From NCBI GenBank assembly GCA_963737905.1, contig CAVTUQ010000002.1, positions 544,001 through 608,000 of the forward strand: a stretch of DNA of 64,000 nucleotides, given 5' to 3'. Source of the stretch: an uncultured delta proteobacterium (lineage in GTDB: Bacteria; Desulfobacterota; Binatia; UBA9968). The notes under the pieces were generated by a model. The model did no database searches. It had not been told where the DNA came from and saw nothing but the letters and a program-made list of their open reading frames with translations. Each line of letters opens with the position of its first letter. Within the stretch, counting starts at the first letter, position 1. A program made the translations under genes and the position numbers. Below, in pieces: positions 49,395-57,438 of the stretch.

Positions 49395-51242
49395 ATGGAA
49401 CCAGACGAAACGAAGAATGATCTCTCGAGAAGGGATCTCATCACGACAACAGCGACAGCGGAAGGTGCGACCGACTCCGCCGGCCCAGGAACAAGGAGAG
49501 CCGGAGCGACTAATCTCTCTCCGACTTGGGATTTGGTGGCGGATGTGGTGGTGGTAGGCGCGGGCGCGGCGGGATTGCCGGCAGCGATTAAGGCCGTTGA
49601 CGGGGGAGCGTCCGTCATCGTTGTTGAAGCGAATTACGATATCGGCGGGCACGCGATCATCAGCGGCGGCAATACGCCCCTGGGTGGCGGCACGAGCGCA
49701 CAGAGGAAGTACGGCATCGAAGACTCGCCGGACCTGGTTTTCCGCGATCTCACGGACTGGTCAGTTGTGCAACCCAACGGCTGGCCCGATTACCGTTACA
49801 ACGACCGTGCGGTGATGCGCGCTTTTGCCGATCATTCCGCCCTGACTTACGAGTTTCTGGTGGCGAACGGCGCGGACTTCAAGGATGTCCCCCCCGACAA
49901 TCAGGGCGGGCACAATTTGGGAAACTCTGCGCCGCGAGAGAATCATGCGGTCTGGACCAAAGGGGCGGGGCCGGAAAGTCCAAATGCGAGAGCGGGCACC
50001 GGTCTCATCAGGCCGCTCGAGGCGAGCGCCCGCGCAAAAGGCGTGCGATTCTTGCTCAACTATAAGATGGAAACCCTTATCCGCGAGCCCTCTTCGGAAC
50101 AAAAAGCGGGCCGAGTCATCGGGATCACGGCGCGGTACACGCCGAGGATCATGCCGGGCCAGACGACGCCGTTAAAGAGCTTTCGCTCCAATGGCAACAT
50201 TGAGACCACCCAACCAAGCGTCGCTATCCACGCGAAGAAAGCCGTGATCCTCGCTACCGGCGGCAGCACCGGCAACATTAACTTCCGCCGCATGTTCGAC
50301 CCCCGGTTGACTGAAGTACTCCAACTTGCGGGGGAACCGTATACGTTTCAAGACGGGAGCGGCGAGCTTGCCGCCATGGCTATCGGCGCCTCGCTCTGGG
50401 GCTTTGCGAACCAAATTCTTGAAAACGGTGATAACATTCGCACTCAGCGCGCGCTCGCTACGAAGTATAATTACATGACGTGGGCGCTTGAAGCCCCGAT
50501 TTTCCCCCTCGTCCGCGCCACCGGCTTGAACGTGAAGGATTGGCAAGATTTAATTCTGGTCAATCAAGTCGGGAAACGATTCTATGACGAGACCAAAGGG
50601 GATTACCCTCACGGCAACGTACACAACGAAATCAATCCCTATACGCCCAATGACTATCGCAATAACGAGAATATCAAATTCAATCCGACTAAATACAACT
50701 TTTTCAACGCCGCGGTGGCGATGAACGAGTACTCGGAACCACCCGATTATTCGTCTGGGCCCGTGTGGGCCGTATTCGACGCGGACGCGGTGGCACGAGA
50801 GAAGTGGAAAGTGACGCCCCCGTACGTCGATCCCGACGGTTATTTCTTTAGCGCGAAGACGCTTCCGGAGCTAGCCGCCGCGATCAAAAATCCATATCAA
50901 GCGAAGCCCATGAACGGTGCCGCCCTGCAAGCAGCGGTCGCCCGCTACAACTCTTTTGTGGACTCCGGCTCAGACTTGGATTTCGGCAAGCCCACGCCGA
51001 AGTACAAGATCCAGACGGCGCCGTTTTACGCCGCTTGGGCCACCCCACTCGTGCACGATAGCCGCGCCGGGCTCAGGATCAATGCGAAGTGCCAGGTGAT
51101 GGACATGAATGGGCAAGTCATACCGGGCCTCTACAGTGGGGGGGAATCCGCCGGGGGATTCAATCAACATGGCCTGGGTAGATGCACTACCCAGGGCTAC
51201 ATCGCCGGCAAAAACGCCGTCGCTGAACCAACAGAAGAGTAA
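49395..51242 (+). CDS. FAD-binding flavoprotein (fumarate reductase / 3-ketosteroid dehydrogenase family)
   Basis: VVVGAGAAG, ILATGG, GLRIN..IPGLYSGGE; N-terminal SRRDL. Confidence 0.87.
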   Translation: MEPDETKNDLSRRDLITTTATAEGATDSAGPGTRRAGATNLSPTWDLVADVVVVGAGAAGLPAAIKAVDGGASVIVVEANYDIGGHAIISGGNTPLGGGTSAQRKYGIEDSPDLVFRDLTDWSVVQPNGWPDYRYNDRAVMRAFADHSALTYEFLVANGADFKDVPPDNQGGHNLGNSAPRENHAVWTKGAGPESPNARAGTGLIRPLEASARAKGVRFLLNYKMETLIREPSSEQKAGRVIGITARYTPRIMPGQTTPLKSFRSNGNIETTQPSVAIHAKKAVILATGGSTGNINFRRMFDPRLTEVLQLAGEPYTFQDGSGELAAMAIGASLWGFANQILENGDNIRTQRALATKYNYMTWALEAPIFPLVRATGLNVKDWQDLILVNQVGKRFYDETKGDYPHGNVHNEINPYTPNDYRNNENIKFNPTKYNFFNAAVAMNEYSEPPDYSSGPVWAVFDADAVAREKWKVTPPYVDPDGYFFSAKTLPELAAAIKNPYQAKPMNGAALQAAVARYNSFVDSGSDLDFGKPTPKYKIQTAPFYAAWATPLVHDSRAGLRINAKCQVMDMNGQVIPGLYSGGESAGGFNQHGLGRCTTQGYIAGKNAVAEPTEE

Positions 51243-51686
51243 AGGTTCGCCACGAACGGCTCCAGCGCGGAAAAGCCGGAGAGCGCCGCTTGCGTTTTTA
51301 GCGTTAATCCAAGTGCTCAGGCTTCCGCGGCCTACATCGATCTGTTTGCCGATTCTTCATACGCCGTAAACCAAATCGTCACAATGCAAAGCTATCTTGT
51401 CATGCGGTGTGTAGTCTTCTTACCATCGGGAAGACCTCTACCCCGGGGGCCGGATGGGTTGCCTCCTCTCCGGCCCCCGTCCCCCAATCTCACAGCCTTA
51501 AGGTCGGTTTGCGGCGATTTCTGTCCTTCCCAGAGCCCAATCAGTCATAAACCGCGTCCAAGGCGCGGCGCCGAAGCCACAACACCGCGGCTAACTAAAG
51601 AATCACAGGATTCTCATCCTGGGTTGACGGCTGTTTCGTTCTTTTGCTAAAGGAGGAGTAGATTCGTCATAAGAGGAGGGCCGGCC

Positions 51687-52187
51687 ATGGATTTTACGCT
51701 CGATACGTTTGCATCGCAGTGTCATAAGATTCTTAAAGAGGATCCCAGTCCCGCGGGACGGGCCAAAGTTAGCGATCTCGTGCAGGAGGTGCTCAAGGAT
51801 GACAAGTTCCTCAAGACCTATCTCAATGAGAACACGCCGGATCGTCAGGTGATTTATGAAGATCCGGAGCTCGGTTTCTGCATCTGCGCGCACATGAGCC
51901 ATGGCGCTAGGGAAGCTAACCCGCACGATCACGGCAGCTCCTGGGCGATCTATGGGCAGGCCATCGGAGAGACGGAAATGAGCGACTGGGAAGTTCTCGA
52001 ACCGGCCGCTGAAGGCAAGCCGGGACAAGTCCGGCGCGCGAGAGTCTATTCGCTCAAACCGGGAATGGCGCATATTTACAACGAGGGGGACGTGCACTCG
52101 CCCAAACGAGTAACCACGACCGGGCTCATTCGCATCGAAGGCAAGAATACGCAGAAGATGAAGCGTTTCGCCTATAAGGCTGTGTGA
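51687..52187 (+). CDS. Cysteine-dioxygenase-like cupin
   Basis: PHDHGSSWAIYG..GDVHS; GAGGAGG RBS. Confidence 0.75.
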   Translation: MDFTLDTFASQCHKILKEDPSPAGRAKVSDLVQEVLKDDKFLKTYLNENTPDRQVIYEDPELGFCICAHMSHGAREANPHDHGSSWAIYGQAIGETEMSDWEVLEPAAEGKPGQVRRARVYSLKPGMAHIYNEGDVHSPKRVTTTGLIRIEGKNTQKMKRFAYKAV

Positions 52188-52452
52188 CGCAATTCTCACT
52201 GCACGAGCAATCTCAACTTCTAGCGACACCTTCCCCGATCCCGATGTTCCGCCCCGGAAGTGGGCGCAGCTAGTTTCGCGTCTTGAGTTAACCTGAACCT
52301 CAAAAGCCAAGGCGGCGCAAGCCATGGCTTTGCCGGTCTCCTACCAGGGCTGAACGGCTGCGCTGATTTTCACGCGCGCCGAAGATCTGTGAAAAACAGG
52401 GGCAGGGCCCGGATCTTGTCGTCCAAGAGTCCAAAGTAAAAGCTCAAGGCTT

Positions 52453-53643
52453 ATGGAGGATGTCCAAACGTTGGTTACGCGGGAGTACGAGGGGTACGTT
52501 TACGTGCAAGAGCGATCCGCGATGGACAAGCTGATCCAGCGGATCGCCGCGGCCGAAGGGATTGCACTGGACACCGAGGCCGACAGTCTGCACAACTATT
52601 TCGAAAAAGTCTGTTTGATCCAGCTCTCGCTCGGGGGCGAGCATTATCTCGTCGACACTCTGTGTGACTTGGACCTGATCGGATTCTCGGAAGCCCTAGC
52701 CGAGAAGCCGTTGATTCTCCACGGCGGCGATTACGACCTGCGTATGATGCGAGCTGCGATGGGCTTCAGACCGCGCTGTGACGTTTTCGACACCATGATT
52801 GCGGCGCAATTGCTGGGCATCGAACAGATCGGGCTGGCCGCTCTCATCGAACGATATTTTTATGTCACGATCGGAAAAGAAGGGCAGAAATCGGATTGGT
52901 CGCGCCGGCCGCTGAGCGACAAACAACTGCGCTACGCGGTCAATGACACACGCTTTCTCGCACCGCTCGCCGACCGAATGCGGGACGAGCTCGCTGGACG
53001 GAAGCGGGTCGATTGGCACAGGGAAAGTTGCCGGGCCATGGTGGAGACGACCGGCCGCGATGATGCACGTGACCCCGCAAATGCGTGGCGGATCAAGGGA
53101 GCTGGACGGCTGACCCGCCGCCAACTGGCCTATTTGCGCGAACTCTGGCGCTGGCGTGATCAGCACGCCCGCCGCGCGGATCTGCCGGCCTTCAGAATCT
53201 TGGGCAATCAAGAGATCCTCGGCTTGGTCCAATGGGTGGAGTCTCATCCCGGGGCGCCGCTGCACCAAGCACCTAAGTTGCCACGCAACATCGTCGGCGC
53301 GCGGCTGGCGGCGCTCGAGGAGGCGATCGCGCGGGCAGCACGCATGGACGAGACCGATTGGCCGGAGCCGAGAAGGCGCGACCAGGACGTTTCACGCAAC
53401 GACCGCATCGAGGAGATCAATTCGCTGCGCGCCGAGTGCGCGCAGATCGCTCGGGAGCTGGAGATCGCCGCTTCGACTTTGGCGCCCAGAGCGGCGCTCG
53501 AAGCAATCGCCCGGAACCGGCCGCGCACCGTCGATGCGATCATGAAAACCGGCGGCTTATTGTGCTGGCAGGCCGAACTGGTGCAAGGCGCGGTGGAAAA
53601 ATGTTTATATTCGACACGTTTGTCTCAAGGCAATCCGTCCTAG
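52453..53643 (+). CDS. rnd: Ribonuclease D (DEDDy exonuclease + HRDC)
   Basis: ALDTEAD, LIQL, HGGDYD, FDT, DWSRRPL, YAVND, WRWRD HRDC. Confidence 0.9.
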   Translation: MEDVQTLVTREYEGYVYVQERSAMDKLIQRIAAAEGIALDTEADSLHNYFEKVCLIQLSLGGEHYLVDTLCDLDLIGFSEALAEKPLILHGGDYDLRMMRAAMGFRPRCDVFDTMIAAQLLGIEQIGLAALIERYFYVTIGKEGQKSDWSRRPLSDKQLRYAVNDTRFLAPLADRMRDELAGRKRVDWHRESCRAMVETTGRDDARDPANAWRIKGAGRLTRRQLAYLRELWRWRDQHARRADLPAFRILGNQEILGLVQWVESHPGAPLHQAPKLPRNIVGARLAALEEAIARAARMDETDWPEPRRRDQDVSRNDRIEEINSLRAECAQIARELEIAASTLAPRAALEAIARNRPRTVDAIMKTGGLLCWQAELVQGAVEKCLYSTRLSQGNPS

Positions 53644-53659
53644 GTGCACTGTAGCGCGT

Positions 53660-54109
53660 ATGGATCGTCTGACGCCGAGAACTATTCGCCTGATCGGGCG
53701 ACTTCACGCGTGGTTATGGAAGCTAACCGGCGGAAAAATAGGCAATGCAGTCGGAAGATCGCCTTTCATGATGCTGACTACGACGGGCCGCAAAACAGGG
53801 CGAGAGAGAATAACACCGGTTCTCTATCTCCAATATGGAGCCGATCTGATTGTTGTTGCGTCCTTTGGAGGCAACGATATGCATCCGGCATGGTATCTTA
53901 ATCTCGAGCGCTGTCCGGAAGCCGAAGTCACAATAAACGGAGACCGTCGGCGGCTTTTCGCAAGTAGGATCTCTCCGGAAGAGAAAGGACTTATCTGGCC
54001 GCGATTGATAGAGATGTACCCTAATTTCGGTATGTATCAACAACGAACCCGGCGCGAAATACCATTGTTGCGGCTATCCGACCGAGCCAAACGGGACCAA
54101 GCCCTCTGA
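53660..54109 (+). CDS. Deazaflavin (F420)-dependent nitroreductase family (Ddn/DUF385)
   Basis: LTTTGRKTG, VASFGG..HPAWYLNL, YQQRTRREIP. Confidence 0.88.
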   Translation: MDRLTPRTIRLIGRLHAWLWKLTGGKIGNAVGRSPFMMLTTTGRKTGRERITPVLYLQYGADLIVVASFGGNDMHPAWYLNLERCPEAEVTINGDRRRLFASRISPEEKGLIWPRLIEMYPNFGMYQQRTRREIPLLRLSDRAKRDQAL

Positions 54110-54588
54110 TTCTTTACCCGGCCCGGAAGCTATATCTCCACAAAAACTGTGGACAGACCTGTTGGTAAGTTGTTCAGTTACCCGGTAATGCCAGTCGTCC
54201 AAAGCATACATTAACCGGATTGCCTAATTATTCCACAGTAAAAGTCTAATACAATCAATAAATTACTACTTTATTAACTTTCTGGTGCCCAAGTCCATAT
54301 GACAAGGCATGATAAGTTTCATCTCCAAGGTAATTTGTCGGTTTCAGAAAGTTTTAGGTAATCTATGGAGTTCTGTCATAATTCCAGGACCGATCTGGTG
54401 AGTTGTATGACAGAATTTGGAGAGGTAAGCTGGGATGATGGCGGTATACCTTGCCCGATCCTGTCCAATGTGCCGAAATTACTTCGGCATCGTTATTGGG
54501 GAACCGAAAAGCGAAAACAACGTCCAACCCATACGCGGCTGTTGCGCTAAGTGTGGATACGAAGTCAACTGGGCGCTCCTCCCAGGGT

Positions 54589-54866
54589 ATGGCTCAATCA
54601 GCCATCGATAAGATCCCGCCAGGTCCAAAGCTCGACGCATTAGCGGCAGAAAAAATCTTTGGTTGGAGAAACGTCCACCAGCATAATGACAGAGGTGGAC
54701 TATACGGAAAAAGGCAAGATAAGGTCGGACACTGGCGACTGGCCAAGGTGCCGAACTATTCGACGAACCCGTCGACGCTCATCCAGAACAAATGAAACAG
54801 TTCGGACGGTTGGATCGATACCAAAAAGAACTCTTCATGGAGATAAAACCGGCCTATGTTGTTTGA
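54589..54866 (+). pseudogene. Phage ABA-sandwich-like domain remnant, frameshifted ~54770
   Basis: PGPKLDALAAEKIFGW..VPNYST pattern; continues in another frame (MKQFGRLDRYQKEL). Confidence 0.45.
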
Positions 54867-54887
54867 GAATTTCCGGAGATCACAGTC

Positions 54888-55703
54888 ATGAATGAACATA
54901 TGCCGTCCGTATTTATTGGCTCTTCCACCGAAGGACTCGATGTAGCTCGGGAAGTCGAATTGCAGTTGCAGCGCGATGCAATCACCACCATATGGAAAGA
55001 TGGCGTGTTCGGTCTCGGCAGCGGTACGTTAGAATCGCTTATGAAAGTGCTGGAGCAATTCGATTTCGCGGTAATGGTGTTGTCGCCGGACGACTTGATC
55101 GAGAGCCGTAGCCAGAGCTATGCCTCGCCGAGGGACAATGTGATTTTTGAATTGGGCCTTTTCATGGGCAGGCTGGGACGCAGTCGGGTTTTCATCGTCC
55201 ATGAGCAAGACGCGAATCTCAAACTGCCGTCTGACCTTACGGGTATCGCAGTGTCACCGTATCGTAAACGCGACAATCTGTCGGCGGCTCTCTCACCAAC
55301 ATCCACGCCGATCATAAAGGCGATTCGGGCCCTTGGGTTTTCGGAACAGCGGACCCAGCAGCAAATCCGCCAACTCCAAGGCCGTCAGGAAACAACTGAA
55401 TCTCGAATACGGACGATACAAATCGTTATCAAGGGGCTTGTCACCGAGTTTGAGTATGAGAAATTGTGTGGACTCGCGGCTGATCTTGCTTTCATGGTGC
55501 AGTTTCACAACTCTATGGTCGCAGAGCTCAATCGCCTGGATGCGATCCGATATATTCGGCCACAACCAGGATACGGGATTGAGTCCGTCCGAGAACGAGA
55601 TGGAACAGACAAGAAGTTTGATCTCAAGCAGTACGTCAAAATCACAGGTGATGGCCTGGAGTACCTCAGCTTGCGCCGCGAGTTGCTCGCGTCTCCCACG
55701 TAG
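54888..55703 (+). CDS. CAP12/Pycsar-type TIR-domain protein with unrecognised C-terminal domain
   Basis: VFIGSS, FDFAVMVLSPDD, PRDNVIFELGLF, LPSDL. Confidence 0.85.
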   Translation: MNEHMPSVFIGSSTEGLDVAREVELQLQRDAITTIWKDGVFGLGSGTLESLMKVLEQFDFAVMVLSPDDLIESRSQSYASPRDNVIFELGLFMGRLGRSRVFIVHEQDANLKLPSDLTGIAVSPYRKRDNLSAALSPTSTPIIKAIRALGFSEQRTQQQIRQLQGRQETTESRIRTIQIVIKGLVTEFEYEKLCGLAADLAFMVQFHNSMVAELNRLDAIRYIRPQPGYGIESVRERDGTDKKFDLKQYVKITGDGLEYLSLRRELLASPT

Positions 55704-55741
55704 GCTAGTTCTCGTTCATCGTCAGACGAGTTCTTAGGCTT

Positions 55742-55921
55742 TTCATCAAAACCCGCCCGCAAAGACAGTTTACCGTCAAGCGCGAGATGCTGCGGCGGAT
55801 CAAACGCAAATTCGACGAACTGGGCATCGAGATCCCATTTCCGCACCGCACTGTATACCATCGGTCGGGCGACAACTCGTCGGTTGATCGGAACGACGGG
55901 GTAAGAGATTACCGCGGATAA
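55742..55921 (+). pseudogene. MscS mechanosensitive channel C-terminal remnant
   Basis: FIKTRPQRQFTVKREMLRRIKRKFDELGIEIPFPHRTVY. Confidence 0.72.
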
Positions 55922-55932
55922 TGATGCTAGCG

Positions 55933-57255
55933 CACGGCCGTCCGGACGTTGAGCAGTTGGAGAGCGGCAATTGGTTGATTCGAAATAGATAATTCATGAT
56001 TTTTCTTGGTCTCGATTTGAACTGCGCCTCATTGATTTGCGATCCTGCGAGGAACTCACTCGTAGGAGGCATTGATGAACTTGGGCAAACTAGTGTTCGC
56101 GCAAGTCACGCAGCATTTGCCGCTGACCACGTTTCGCCGTTGCGTGACGCGCTATGGCGGAGCGCACAAGGTCAAGAGCTTTTCCTGTCTCGACCAATAT
56201 CTCTGCATGGCATTCGCTCAACTGACCTATCGAGACAGTTTGCGCGACATCGAAGCCTGCCTGCGCGCACAAGCGGGCAAGCTCTACCACATGGGCATCA
56301 AGAGCCGGGTTTCGCGCAGTACTCTGGCCGATGCCAACGAGAATCGCGACTGGCGCATCTACGCGGACTTTGCCCAATCGCTCATTGCCATCGCCCGTCG
56401 TCTTTATGCCGCAGAGCCGTTTGGTGTCGACCTCAAAGACACGGTCTATGCTCTGGATGCCAGCACCATCGACCTGTGCCTGTCGGTATTTGCGTGGGCT
56501 CCGTTTCGTTCGACCAAGGCGGCCATCAAATTGCACACGCTCTTGGACCTGCGTGGCAACATTCCTTCCTTTCTCCACATCAGCGATGGCAAATTGCACG
56601 ACGTCAACGTTCTGGATCTGCTGTTGCCCGAGCCCGGCGCTTTCTACATCATGGACCGAGGATACATCGATTTCGAACGACTTTATCGGCTGCACGAGGC
56701 GAAAAGCTTCTTTGTGACCCGCCAAATCCAACCTCAAAGCCCAGCGTCGTTATTCGCATCCGGTCGATCGAAGCACGGGCTTGATTTGCGATCAGACCAT
56801 CGTGCTCACCGGCTTCTACTCCCGTCAGAACTTCGACACCCCGCTGCGTCGCGTCCGATTCAAAGACCCCACAACCGGCAAGCGGTTGGTCTTCCTCACC
56901 AACAATTTCACCTTGCCAGCATTCACCATCACCGAGCTTTATCGCTGCCGGTGGCAAGTCGAGTTGTTTTTCAAATGGATCAAGCAGCATCTTCGTATCA
57001 AAGTCTTCTTCGGTACCTCCGAGAACGCCGTCAAAACCCAAATCTGGATTGCAGTCTCGGTTTACGTGCTCGTCGCCATCGTCAAAAAGCGACTCAACCT
57101 CTCGGCGAGCTTGTATGAAATGTTACAGATCTTGAGCCTGACCATGTTCGAACGAATTCCGTTAGATCAACTACTTAACAAATTCATCACTGATGACATT
57201 CAGGCTTTTTCACCTAATCAACTAAATTTGTTCAATTAACACCCGGACGCTAATG
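55933..57255 (+). mobile_element. IS4-family element (1323 bp), 9-bp TSD ATGCTAGCG
   Basis: Imperfect IRs CACGGCCGTCCGG.. / ..CCGGACGCTAATG; TSD at 55924-32 and 57256-64. Confidence 0.88.
56075..57239 (+). pseudogene. IS4 transposase (DUF4372 + DDE), 2-nt deletion near 56720
   Basis: FAQLTYRDSLRDIE, DASTID, MDRGY, then frame change at VTR(A)KSN to YRCRWQVELFFKWIKQHL. Confidence 0.9.
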
Positions 57256-57438
57256 ATGCTAGCGATATAATAGATGTGCGTTTCAGGCCCCGCGGAGGTA
57301 CGGGTTGGTAAGGTCGCCGGACCTAGTCCTCGCGTCGCTCCCGACAAAGCCGCAGCCACGCCTTCACGGCCCAGCGCCGAGAATGGCCAAATCACATCGC
57401 ATCATAATAAATATGTTCGCACTTTCAGGCGAGCGGCC

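Noticed and set aside
52225-52420. Structured intergenic region before rnd as 6S RNA or a riboswitch
   Set aside because: Only local hairpins; no long rod with a central bubble and no known aptamer consensus.
54130-54300. DnaA-box-like motifs (TCCACA/TGTGGA) in an AT-rich stretch as oriC
   Set aside because: All boxes mismatch TTWTNCACA and no replication genes are nearby.
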